A stretch of 64,000 bases of DNA, taken from NCBI GenBank assembly GCA_963674965.2, contig CAXXFL010000007.1:416001-480000 (forward strand), written 5' to 3'. The notes beneath the pieces were generated by a model. The model was given only the letters and a program-made list of their open reading frames with translations. It had not been told where the DNA came from and did not search any database. The translations under genes and the position numbers were made by a program. Origin of the DNA: a bacterium (GTDB lineage Bacteria > RBG-13-61-14 > DATKZS01). Shown piece after piece: positions 19,808 through 29,709 of the stretch. Every line of letters starts with the position of its first letter. Position 1 is the stretch's first letter.

Positions 19808-20755
19808 ATGTACAAGGTTGTGTTAAAAGGTTTGATGGACAACTCGGCCCTGGGCCGCGAAATCTTTCTCGAGAAGTTCGCCAAGGCTTACAAGATAAAC
19901 AAGGCCGAGGCTGAGGAATTCATCGACGGCCGGGGCGGGGTCATCTACGAGTATGACGACAAGTCCCAGGCCGAGAGGGGTCTGGCCTTTATCGAGAAGA
20001 TCGGGGGCTTCGGGGAGATCATCGAGGAAACGGCGGAGACGGTCCCCTATAGCCCCGAGTCGTCCCCCGCTCCCCGGGTAGTGGAGGAACCGGCGGCCCC
20101 CGCCAAACCAGTACGGACCGACCTGGCGGCCCCCGAGCCGGTACCGGGTCAGGACACGGGTACTCGCCCCTGTCCCAAGTGCGGTTATCCGGTGGCGGCC
20201 GGGGAGGACGAGTGTCCGAGCTGCCAGATATTCATCAGCAAGTACGAGACCATGATGAAAAAAAAGGCGGCCCTGCAAGCTCAGTCGAGCCCATCCTTCC
20301 AGGCCCCCGCCGCGGGCGGCGCCGCGGCCGCCGGATGGGCGGGTTACCAGACCCCGGGCCAGTTGCCCAGTTGGGACCCGGTCTCGGGATCGGCCGCCGC
20401 TCCCACGGGGGCGCCCCTTCCAACGCCCGGCCAGTACCAGTATCCTCAGCCCCCTTACGCCGGCCAGTATCAGCAGGCCCCGGGTTTCGACTCCAGGCCG
20501 ACCCTGCCCCAGGCCAAGAACGCCCTTATCATGGCCATAGTGAGTTTCTTCTGCTTCGGCATCATACTGGGACCTCTGAGCATCTACCTGGGCTACTCGG
20601 CCAACGAAACCTTGAAGATGCACCCGGAATACAAGGGAAGCGGATTGGCCATCGCCGCCATGCTGACGGGGACCGCGTCCCTTTTGATAAACCTCCTTAG
20701 CATGGGCCTTTATTGCGGTACCATCGGCGAGATGATGAGGACCATGCCCCAATGA
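19808..20755 (+). CDS. Zinc-ribbon plus DUF4190-like membrane protein
   Basis: CPKC...CPSC, Pro/Gln/Tyr-rich linker, C-terminal two-TM segment GIILGPLSIYLG...GSGLAIAAM. Confidence 0.7.
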   Translation: MYKVVLKGLMDNSALGREIFLEKFAKAYKINKAEAEEFIDGRGGVIYEYDDKSQAERGLAFIEKIGGFGEIIEETAETVPYSPESSPAPRVVEEPAAPAKPVRTDLAAPEPVPGQDTGTRPCPKCGYPVAAGEDECPSCQIFISKYETMMKKKAALQAQSSPSFQAPAAGGAAAAGWAGYQTPGQLPSWDPVSGSAAAPTGAPLPTPGQYQYPQPPYAGQYQQAPGFDSRPTLPQAKNALIMAIVSFFCFGIILGPLSIYLGYSANETLKMHPEYKGSGLAIAAMLTGTASLLINLLSMGLYCGTIGEMMRTMPQ

Positions 20756-21026
20756 GACGGGTGCGGTTCCAAGCCTCTCGGGGCGAATAAATTAATCGCT
20801 ATCTTAAGCATGCCTCTACATTGCAAGAAGCGAAACAAGTCTGGAAGTCTCCGGAATTTGGAAAGCTCCGAAAAAAACATGAGTGACTATATGGTCCAAT
20901 CGGAAAATTATCCGCCGGGGATGGCGATATCGGCGGCCGATCGAATGCCGAGCTTTTCACGCGTCGGGTTTAATACTATGATTTTTATCTCAGTCTTATG
21001 CCCGGTAAAATCGTTGAACGAAGGTC

Positions 21027-23765
21027 ATGAGTGAACGAACTCGAGATTTGATAGCGCGCTGGTTCGACGCCGACAGGCGGCTGATCTTTCTGGCCTGGCT
21101 GATGACGTCGGCGGTTTTCTACATTCCATTTTTACTTGGCGATTTTCCCTTCCACGGCGTAAGGGGCGAGATGCTCATGCAGTGGTTGCCCTTCCGTTTC
21201 TTCATGCTCGAGTGCTATGGGGAGGGCGTCTTCCCGCTCTGGAACCCCTACGTTTTCGGCGGCATGCCCTTCTGGGGCTACAGCCACACCATGAGCGCGT
21301 ATCCATTGATGATGACGTCGCTGCTTCCACCCACGCTTTGGGGAGTGACCTTCTTTTACCTGGCCCACGTCTTCATCGGCTGTTGGGGTTCTTATAGGCT
21401 ACCGCGACTTCTGGGTTCCGATCGGCCGCTGTCATTCCTCGGAGTGTTTCTGCTCATCGGCTCAAGCCTCGTCATGATGCCGATAACCAGGGAATTCTAT
21501 ATATCCCTGGCCTTCATGGTCTGGCTGGCGCCGCTCATCTACCTCGCCATAATGGCGGCCGAGAAACGCTCGCGCGCGTGGTTCGCCGCCCTGACCCTGG
21601 CCCTTTCCATGCAACTGATGACCGGCGAGATCGAGGGCATCTTTTTCAATCTCGGCTTTACCATGGCCTTTCTGGTTATCGTCAGGCCGGGTTTCAAGGA
21701 AATATTCAAAGAATGGCGCTGGCTCATATTGGCCGCCGCTTTTGGCTGCGCGGTCTTGATCTCCGCGGCCATGTGGTTCCCGCTCGCCGAGTATATGCCC
21801 CACAACGTCCGCAACCATGGAGTGACCTTCGAGCTCTTCGAGGAAATGGATAAAAGCGTGCGCACGTCTCTCGAAAATTTGCCAAATCCATTATTGGCGG
21901 CCGTGGTTTTCTTTTTGCCCTCGTCGCCGCTTAGATGGTACATGGTATTCTTCATCGGCTACTACTTTTTCAAAACGCGCGACCGCTCGGCATGGGTCCT
22001 TTTGGGCGTAGTATTGATGACCATAACTTATTGCGCGCGGGTGATCGAGCCGATGGAACGTATTGTCTACCACGTGCCCATTTTAAACATGTTCCTCAAA
22101 CGCGGACAGGGCGTGGACGGCTCGGTGTTCATGCTCCATCTGATGGCGCTTTGGGGAATGCGCGAATTCATCGCCTCGGGATTTTGCGGACGCGACCGAA
22201 TGGCCTTCAGGATCATGGTCCTGATCGGCCTGGCCGGCTCGGCCGGAGCTTTCGTGATTCCCCTGATCGTTGCCCCGAACGTCCGCGGGGGCTTGCAGGG
22301 GACCTGGCCGGCGATAGGCTACGTCGCGCTTGTCGTGATGGCTTTTTATCCGGGACAAAGGGTTACGGGTGAAAAGTGGGCGCGGGTCGCGGTAACGACG
22401 TTGATTCTCGCGGTAAGTTACATGGGCCTGCTGTTTTCCATTGAACGACGCGACGCCGACTACATGCATTCCGAGCCATTCAAGGCCGCCGCCCTCAAGA
22501 TGGACCGCTCGTCCCGATACCTGATCGCGTCAACGTTTAATATTGGCAATTACGAGGTCTTATACACCCAGCAGAGCATGATCGAGAGAAGGCCGGAGGT
22601 GTTCGGCTGGAACCGGGTGCCGCCGCGCGGGTACATGGAGTTGCTCCAGTTGATCGACCCGGCCATCGTCAAGTTCGAGGACGGCAAGCTCGCCGGATGG
22701 GACTTTGTGTTCTATCATCCCAACGGCTCGCTGCTGCGGTCGGATTCTCTCGCCCTGCCCGACCTGCTGGGAATAAAATACGCGTTCAACCGCAACGTGC
22801 CCATCCGTCACGCCTCGCCGACTTACCTGGGCTGGTTGCTTGGGCCAGGTCAGGCGAAAAAACGGGGTGCCTTCGAAAGGTGGCGCGACGTCTTCATTGG
22901 AAATGAAGCCCTCGTCTTTGAATTCCCCGCCGCCAATTCCCAGTCGCTCAAGTTCAAGGTCGCCTGGGACAAGGTCGAGCGCTCCGGCCGGGAAATCCCC
23001 TGCAAGCTGCGGATCGAGTCCGACGGCGCCAAGTTGCTGGAAAGGACTATTCCAATCGACGCGGCGGAAGGCGGCCCTGGAGAATCCGCTAGGATTGACC
23101 GCGCTCTTCCTCCCGCCACGAAAGATCATCGATCATTGTCCATCAAGTTGACGATTCCACCGGATATATCCATCGAGGGCTTGCGGCTCGCCGACGCCTA
23201 TATCGAGGACCCCTTGGCTCCGCTCCAGTCAATCCATCAGGACCCTCTATTCGACCTCTACGAAAACGGGGAATCCTTTCCCCTCCAGTTCATGACTCAC
23301 GCGGTCGAGTTCGCGGGCGACAAGGAGGAGGCGATGACCTGGCTCGGCAAGGCCTCCCGCGATCGCCTGCGAACCGCGGCGCTGCTAGTAAAAAGTCCCC
23401 TCACAATGACGCTCGCGCCCGATTCGGCGTATCCGGTCCCCTTGTCGGTCTATAAACAAGACCGCGTTATCGAGAAAAAGTCCTTGCCGGGCGTGAAGTC
23501 CTACTCGGCCGATGTAAAAGCGCCGGGCATCTTGATCGTCACCCAAAACCGACTGCCGGGATGGACGGCCCGGGTGGACGGACGGGAAAGCGCGATCATC
23601 CCCGCCGACTGGGCCTTTATGGGACTGCCCCTGGCCGAGGGTAAGCATGAAATCGAGTTGATATATAGGCCCGTCGGCTTCCGCGTCGGCCTCTGGACGA
23701 CCCTCGCCGCTGCCCTCTCTTTTGCCTTGTTTTGCCTTTTCGCGAAATTGTCGTCGAATACTTAA
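21027..23765 (+). CDS. YfhO-like GT-C membrane glycosyltransferase
   Basis: FPLWNPYVFGGMPF; many TM helices; C-terminal PGWTARVDG...GKHEIELIYRP plus a TM helix. Confidence 0.8.
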   Translation: MSERTRDLIARWFDADRRLIFLAWLMTSAVFYIPFLLGDFPFHGVRGEMLMQWLPFRFFMLECYGEGVFPLWNPYVFGGMPFWGYSHTMSAYPLMMTSLLPPTLWGVTFFYLAHVFIGCWGSYRLPRLLGSDRPLSFLGVFLLIGSSLVMMPITREFYISLAFMVWLAPLIYLAIMAAEKRSRAWFAALTLALSMQLMTGEIEGIFFNLGFTMAFLVIVRPGFKEIFKEWRWLILAAAFGCAVLISAAMWFPLAEYMPHNVRNHGVTFELFEEMDKSVRTSLENLPNPLLAAVVFFLPSSPLRWYMVFFIGYYFFKTRDRSAWVLLGVVLMTITYCARVIEPMERIVYHVPILNMFLKRGQGVDGSVFMLHLMALWGMREFIASGFCGRDRMAFRIMVLIGLAGSAGAFVIPLIVAPNVRGGLQGTWPAIGYVALVVMAFYPGQRVTGEKWARVAVTTLILAVSYMGLLFSIERRDADYMHSEPFKAAALKMDRSSRYLIASTFNIGNYEVLYTQQSMIERRPEVFGWNRVPPRGYMELLQLIDPAIVKFEDGKLAGWDFVFYHPNGSLLRSDSLALPDLLGIKYAFNRNVPIRHASPTYLGWLLGPGQAKKRGAFERWRDVFIGNEALVFEFPAANSQSLKFKVAWDKVERSGREIPCKLRIESDGAKLLERTIPIDAAEGGPGESARIDRALPPATKDHRSLSIKLTIPPDISIEGLRLADAYIEDPLAPLQSIHQDPLFDLYENGESFPLQFMTHAVEFAGDKEEAMTWLGKASRDRLRTAALLVKSPLTMTLAPDSAYPVPLSVYKQDRVIEKKSLPGVKSYSADVKAPGILIVTQNRLPGWTARVDGRESAIIPADWAFMGLPLAEGKHEIELIYRPVGFRVGLWTTLAAALSFALFCLFAKLSSNT

Positions 23766-23839
23766 GCTATGCGCCGCAGGGCGATATAAAGTTCCACGTG
23801 GAAGACAAGGGACCGGATATAACGAAGATGAAACGAACC

Positions 23840-24284
23840 GCGAGGCCCCCAAAGTCTCGCTTGGGCGGCAAAGCCGCGGGCTGAATACTTACGCTTGTCG
23901 GCCCGCCCGGTTTCGCGGGGTGACCCGGATAGCTTCGCTATCTGGGCGCCAAAGGCGCGGGAAAGAATCGGCGGTCCGCCGGAAGTGGGCCGCGAATACT
24001 CCGGGCGCGTGTATGAATATCCAACGGCTTTCGCGGTGGCCCGGATAGCTCCGCTATCTGGGCGCCGAAGGCGCGGGAAAGGGGGCTATGGTCCGCCGGG
24101 CGCTTACATAAGAATCCAACGGCTTTCGCCGCGCGGATAGGCGAGCTATCCGCGCCACCCACGGTTTCATGGTTTCAGGGTCCCCCTCAGCCGTAGGGTC
24201 CCCCACGCATATTGCGTGGGCGGCGAAGCCGCGGGCTGAACGCTTACCCTTCCAAAGGACTTACTCTTCCCCCCCCTTGCCCCG
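23840..24284. repeat. REP/REPIN-like palindromic cluster, copy B
   Basis: Units at ~23920-23958 and 24036-24074 (+) and 24120-24158 (-); 24035-24284 near-identical to 9011-9262. Confidence 0.75.
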
Positions 24285-27200
24285 TCAATACCCTTCTATC
24301 GTCACCGCCGGCGCTTTCTCGATTTCCGGACAATACCTCCCCTTCCCCGACTGGTCGCCGCAGGGCGGGAGAGTCGCGTTGAGGTAGATCATGCCGGGGG
24401 CATCGACCCGGACGACGATGGACGAGAGGCCGCCCGAGGCCATGGCGCCGGAGACGTCGTAACGGCCCGTCCCGCTCGGGCCCTCGCCGCCGAGGAGGGT
24501 GGCCGAGCCGGTCGATAACGGGTCGATCTCGAAGACCACGCCGAAGGAGGACGAGTAGCCGATGGCCGAGGAGTTGAAAACGCTCACGGTCACCCGCGTG
24601 GTCGCGCCCTCCGCCACGCTACGCGAGGTGGCGCCGTCCACCACCAGGTCGGTGGGTATGGTGGGGTTCGCGGCCGTGTCGTTACCGCTTATCATGGCCT
24701 GTATCACGGAGAGGTCCAGGGGCGAGACTCCCGCCGGGTCGCCCATCATGCGCTGGCTGTCGCCGTTGGGGGGCAACACTCCCAAGTAGGACGCGTCGTT
24801 GCCGATGATCCGGTTCTTCAGCGCCGTCATGTCAAGAGGAGACACCAATCCGTCGGCCGACACGGTATTCCCCGCGTCGCCCCAGCTAAAACATGACGCC
24901 CCGCCCGTCACGTCCATCTCCCATATATCAGTCCCATTATAGTACTCGTGCGCGTTCTCGATCCCGTCCCCGTCAAAGTCCGCTCCCAACCCGTCGCCCG
25001 CCGACAGCGGGTCCAGCCCCGTATCCCCATGCCCCACCGAGTTGTCAGCCTCGAACCCGTCCGGCAAGCCGTCGCCGTCCGAGTCCCAATGACAAGGATC
25101 AGTGGTAACAATGTACTCATCGTAATTGTCCAGACCGTCCCCGTCGGGGTCGGCCCAGTCGTCCACCGTGTCGGCCAAGAGGCAGGAGAAAGTTAATTCC
25201 CACGCGTCGGGCATGCCGTCGCCGTCGGAGTCGGGCAAAACGTCATCGCCCGGGTTAAGAGGATCACGATTGTTGACCACCTCGCTCCCGTCGCTCTCGC
25301 CGCCCCCGTCGGTGTCGGGGTCGCACGGGTCGAGGTCAAAGAAATATTCCTCCAGGTTAGAAAGCCCCTCGGCGTCGGAGTCGCCCGATCCGTCGGGGAC
25401 CCAAGGGTCAAGACAGCCGTGAAGCAGTTCCCAAAAATTCGCCACGCCGTCGCCGTCGCTATCGCTGCCGTTGACGTCGATGATCTGGAGGCCACCCAGG
25501 CCGTCGGCCACGAAGGCGTAATTTCCCGATACGTGCACGGCCCGGGCCGAGTCCGGCGTGTCGATCGCGGCCAAAAGTTTCGGGTCCTCGGGATTGGAGT
25601 TGTTAAGCACGAGCAGTCCGGAGTCGGCGTCGGCGATGAAAACGTAATTGCCCTGGATGAAGACGCCCAGCGCGAACCCCGGCGTGTCGTAACTCTTCAC
25701 AAAAAATGGGCTCGCCGGGTTCGAGACGTTTACCGCGTAGAGGCCATAATCGTCGGCGGCCACGTAGGCGAGGTTTCCGACGACCTTCACGTCGTGGGAG
25801 TATCCTCCCGCGTTGTATACGCCGGCCAAAGCCGGGCTTGCCGGATTGGACGCGTCAATAATAAGAAGCCCCGAGGCTTCGTCGACCACGTAGGCGTGGT
25901 TTCCCATGACGACCCCCCCCTGGGCGTAGCCGGTAGTGTCGTACGTTCCGACGAGGACGGGATTCGCCGGGTTGGACGCGTCGATTATTTGAAGACCGGC
26001 CTCGTAATCCGCCACGAAGGCCAAATGGCCCGCCACGTGAACGTCCATGGCCCAGCCGGGCGTGTTGCAAGCCCCCACCAGGATCGGACTGGCCGGGTTG
26101 GACACGTCCAGCACCTGTAGGCCGAGGCCGCCGTCGGCCACGTAGGCGTAATGTCCGGAGACGTAGGCGGCCAGGGCGTAACCCGGCGTGTCATAGGAGC
26201 CGAGAAGCGTCGGGGCCTCGGGATCGGACGCGTCGATGATGAGAAGGCCTCCGCCGCCATTGGCCAAGTAGGCAAGGTTATTAACCACGTGAACGTCATG
26301 AGCGTATCCGAGGCCGGCGTAGGAACCGACGAGAGCGGGCTTAAGTTCCATCGCGTCGCCCGGTCCGAGACAGTCGGGGTCCGCCGGATAATCGATCAGT
26401 CTGTCAAGGTCGTCGTCAAGGCCGTTATCGCAAACGTCGTTTCCTTTCTCATCGCCGTCGCCGGGATTGTCGCAACCGGGATCAAGGGCGTCGATGGCGC
26501 CGTCCCCGTCGTCATCGACGCCGTTGTCGCAAATGGCCGAGCTCGTCTCTGTATCGTCGGTATAGCCGTCGCAGCCGGGATCGAGAAGGTCGATGAAGGA
26601 ATCGGAGTCGTTGTCCACCCCGTCGCTGCAAGCGGTGGTCGAGCAGGGGTCCAAGTCGTTCAGGTACTCCTCGAGGTTATTGAGCGCGTCGCCGTCGGGA
26701 TTGGCGTCCGCGTCAACGGTGTTGGCCATAACGCAAGAATAGGTGTCCTCCCAATAGTCGGGCATGCCGTCCAGGTCTCGGTCGTCGTCCGTCGGGTTTA
26801 AGGGGTCGCGTCCCCCGGCCACCTCGGCCCCGTCGCTTTCTCCTCCTCCGTCGGTGTCGGGGTCGCAAGGATCGGTATATATATTGAACTCCTCGAGGTT
26901 GTTCAAACAGTCGGCGTCGTAGTCGGAAGCGGCGTCCACCGTGTCGGCCATCATGCAGGCATGGGCGTTCTCCCATGCGTTGGCGATCCCGTCTCCATCG
27001 TCGTCCGCGGAATCGGAGAGTATCACCCGAAGTCCGTAGATGCTCGCTAAGTACACGAAGCCGTCTGAATAGTCGAGGGCATAATTATTATCATAGGCCG
27101 GCGTCTCGTAGGAACCTATATACAACGGATTGGCCGGGTTGGAAACGTCGACGATCTGGAGGCCCGTCAGGCGGTCCGCCACGTAGGCGACGCCATCGGA

Positions 27201-29441
27201 TACCTTGACGTCGTAGGCTGAGTCGGGAGCGTCGGAGGACCCAACCAGGGCGGGCGCGTTGGGTAGGGAGACGTCGATAATAAGGAGGCCGGAAGCGTCG
27301 TCGGCCACGTAGGCGTAATTGTCCGACACGTATAACCCCCGGGAAGAAGAAGGGGTGTCGTAGCCTCCGACAAGGACGGGACTAGCCGGGTTGGAAACGT
27401 CGATAATTTGCAGACCGGACGCGCCGTCGGCCACGTAGGCGTAATCTCCCGCGACCTGGACGGCGGCGGAACTTCCCGCCGTGTCGTACGCGCCTATTAG
27501 AATCGGAGCGGCGGGGTTCGAGACGTCGAAGACGAGAAGACCGGAGCTCGAGTCCGCGACGAAGGCGTAATCGCCCGAAAGGTGGACGCCCCGGGCGTTA
27601 TTGGTGTCGTATGATCCTATTAATGAAGGGCTAGTCGGATCGGATACGTCGAGTATTAGAAGACCGTCGTACTCTCCGGCGATATATGCATAATCGTCCG
27701 AGACTTGAACGCCAAAAACATTGTTATCGTCGTATATTCCAACCAATAGCGGATTGGATGGGTTCGCCACGTTTATTATCTGTAAACCTTCGAAATAATC
27801 CGCCACGTAGGCGTAGCCTTCAGAGACGAAGACGTCCATGCCGTTCCCCGGCGTATGATAGGACCCCACCTGAACGGGATACATCAATACCCACTCGTAA
27901 GCGTCGCTTGGGTCCGTGCATCCTGAGTCCTCGGGATAATCGGTGAAACCGTCGCCGTCGTCGTCCAGGCCGTTGTCGCAAAGGACCGATCCAAGTTCGT
28001 CGTCGTCGGACAGGTCGTCGCATCCGGGATCGAGAAGGTCCATCAAAGTGTCAAGGTCGTTGTCCGCGCCGTCGCTGCACGCGGTGGTGGCGCAAGGGTC
28101 GCCGTTATTCTGATACTCCTCGATGTTCGTATAGGCGTCCCCGTCCGGGTTGGCCGCGTCGTCCACCGTGTCGGCCATAACGCAGGCGTAAGCGTTTTCC
28201 CAGATATCCGCCATGCCGTCGCCGTCAAAGTCGTCGTCGCGGGGATCGAGCGGATTATGCCCGAATATGGCCTCGCCTGCGTCGCTTTCGCCTCCGTCGT
28301 CCGTGTCGGGGTCGCAAGGGTCCGTGCCCGTGCCGTATTCGAAAAGATTGTCCAGCCCGTCGCCGTCGTAATCCTCCTCGCCGTCAGCGGTGTTCGCCAT
28401 CATACAGGAATAATCGTTCTCCCATACGTCCACCATTCCATCGCCGTCGCCGTCGGAGTCGTCGGGGAACAAAACTTGAAGGCCGTAATCATCGTCTGCA
28501 ACGTAGACCTTGCTTGACGAGTAATACACTCCAAACGCGTCTCCCTGAGTGTCGTAGGTCCCCGCCAAGGTGGGGGCGGCGGGATTGGAAACGTCGATGA
28601 TTTGAAGGCCGGAGTCCCGATCGGCCACGAAGGCGTAGGTGGACGAGACGTGGACGTCGTATGATGAGCCGGTGGTGTTGTATGAGCCGGCGAGAATCGG
28701 ATTGGCGGGGCTGGAGACGTCGATTATTTGGAGGCCGGAGTCTCCGTCGGCCAAATAGGCGTAATCCCCATATACGAAAACGCCGAAAGCCACGCCAGGA
28801 GTGTCATACTCGCCCACCAAGGCCGGGGCGGCGGGGTTGGAGACGTCGATTATTTGAAGGCCGGCTTCCCCGTCGGCCACGTATGCGTAATCGTTAACGA
28901 CTTGAACGGCAACGGCGAAGCTGGGAACGTTATAATTACCTACAAGATCGATCTCGGCGGGGTTGGAGATATCTAAAATCTGCAAGCTTGCAAACAGGGT
29001 CGCGTAAGCATAGTTGCCCGAGACGTAAACGTTCGAGAATCCGACATACAACATTTCATAAGCGCCGATCAATGACGGACTGGTGGGATTGGTGACGTCT
29101 ATTATCTTAAGGCCACCGGATATCTTAAGACCACTGGGTTCGTCAGCCACGTAGGCGTAATTGCCCGAAACCATCACGCTCCGCGCGGAGTTCGTGTCGT
29201 ATGTGGCTACCAATGACGGGGCAGTGGAACTGGCTATATCTAAAATATGGAGACCGGCCGCGCCGTCCGCGATATAGGCGTATCCTCCGGAAACGACCAC
29301 ATCCCGTGCCAAGCCCGACGTGTCGTACGACCCCACCAGGGTGGGGTTTAGTTGCGCCGCCGCGCCGGCCGGTACCGTGAGTGCGAGGGCGATGAGGGCC
29401 ATGATAATGGCGGTTTGAATCCGCGTCCTTTGTTTGGTCAT
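24285..29441 (-). CDS. Giant secreted protein 2 (1718 aa): three LVIVD propellers, DxDxDG repeats, C-terminal dockerin-like plus Ig-like module; paralog of protein 1
   Basis: Signal peptide (AAA-Q); same repeat families as protein 1; last ~300 aa nearly identical to protein 1. Confidence 0.9.
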   Translation of the reverse strand: MTKQRTRIQTAIIMALIALALTVPAGAAAQLNPTLVGSYDTSGLARDVVVSGGYAYIADGAAGLHILDIASSTAPSLVATYDTNSARSVMVSGNYAYVADEPSGLKISGGLKIIDVTNPTSPSLIGAYEMLYVGFSNVYVSGNYAYATLFASLQILDISNPAEIDLVGNYNVPSFAVAVQVVNDYAYVADGEAGLQIIDVSNPAAPALVGEYDTPGVAFGVFVYGDYAYLADGDSGLQIIDVSSPANPILAGSYNTTGSSYDVHVSSTYAFVADRDSGLQIIDVSNPAAPTLAGTYDTQGDAFGVYYSSSKVYVADDDYGLQVLFPDDSDGDGDGMVDVWENDYSCMMANTADGEEDYDGDGLDNLFEYGTGTDPCDPDTDDGGESDAGEAIFGHNPLDPRDDDFDGDGMADIWENAYACVMADTVDDAANPDGDAYTNIEEYQNNGDPCATTACSDGADNDLDTLMDLLDPGCDDLSDDDELGSVLCDNGLDDDGDGFTDYPEDSGCTDPSDAYEWVLMYPVQVGSYHTPGNGMDVFVSEGYAYVADYFEGLQIINVANPSNPLLVGIYDDNNVFGVQVSDDYAYIAGEYDGLLILDVSDPTSPSLIGSYDTNNARGVHLSGDYAFVADSSSGLLVFDVSNPAAPILIGAYDTAGSSAAVQVAGDYAYVADGASGLQIIDVSNPASPVLVGGYDTPSSSRGLYVSDNYAYVADDASGLLIIDVSLPNAPALVGSSDAPDSAYDVKVSDGVAYVADRLTGLQIVDVSNPANPLYIGSYETPAYDNNYALDYSDGFVYLASIYGLRVILSDSADDDGDGIANAWENAHACMMADTVDAASDYDADCLNNLEEFNIYTDPCDPDTDGGGESDGAEVAGGRDPLNPTDDDRDLDGMPDYWEDTYSCVMANTVDADANPDGDALNNLEEYLNDLDPCSTTACSDGVDNDSDSFIDLLDPGCDGYTDDTETSSAICDNGVDDDGDGAIDALDPGCDNPGDGDEKGNDVCDNGLDDDLDRLIDYPADPDCLGPGDAMELKPALVGSYAGLGYAHDVHVVNNLAYLANGGGGLLIIDASDPEAPTLLGSYDTPGYALAAYVSGHYAYVADGGLGLQVLDVSNPASPILVGACNTPGWAMDVHVAGHLAFVADYEAGLQIIDASNPANPVLVGTYDTTGYAQGGVVMGNHAYVVDEASGLLIIDASNPASPALAGVYNAGGYSHDVKVVGNLAYVAADDYGLYAVNVSNPASPFFVKSYDTPGFALGVFIQGNYVFIADADSGLLVLNNSNPEDPKLLAAIDTPDSARAVHVSGNYAFVADGLGGLQIIDVNGSDSDGDGVANFWELLHGCLDPWVPDGSGDSDAEGLSNLEEYFFDLDPCDPDTDGGGESDGSEVVNNRDPLNPGDDVLPDSDGDGMPDAWELTFSCLLADTVDDWADPDGDGLDNYDEYIVTTDPCHWDSDGDGLPDGFEADNSVGHGDTGLDPLSAGDGLGADFDGDGIENAHEYYNGTDIWEMDVTGGASCFSWGDAGNTVSADGLVSPLDMTALKNRIIGNDASYLGVLPPNGDSQRMMGDPAGVSPLDLSVIQAMISGNDTAANPTIPTDLVVDGATSRSVAEGATTRVTVSVFNSSAIGYSSSFGVVFEIDPLSTGSATLLGGEGPSGTGRYDVSGAMASGGLSSIVVRVDAPGMIYLNATLPPCGDQSGKGRYCPEIEKAPAVTIEGY

Positions 29442-29534
29442 TTGGCTTTGCTCCTTTTTTAAAGGCTAAGGCGCTGTATTGTCTCAGGTGTAAAGGTACG
29501 ATCTCATTATAGACGCTCGCCGAAGAGATTACAA

Positions 29535-29550
29535 ACAATTTTTATGCCAA
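29535..29550 (-). promoter_or_regulatory. Possible sigma54 promoter of giant protein 2
   Basis: TTGGCATAAAAATTGT on the minus strand (GG-N10-GT, imperfect -12). Confidence 0.3.
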
Positions 29551-29709
29551 TTTTCGCGGCGGCGAGGAGGTTGTGAAGTCAGGCGTTTCAATAATTTGGC
29601 CAGAGTACGCGCGGGCGAACCGGGGAATCTCGCGTCCCATTCGTAAGCGCTTTCCGGGCCTTGAGGTCTGGTTGGCGGGCCGGCGGTGACGCCGGTTTAT
29701 GGCCGTCGC

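Noticed and set aside
9263-25230. Diversity-generating retroelement (TR/VR pair) suggested by the near-identical 3' ends of giant genes 1 and 2
   Set aside because: Differences are not adenine-specific (C/T, C/G and T/G changes, many synonymous), both copies are coding, and no reverse transcriptase is in the window
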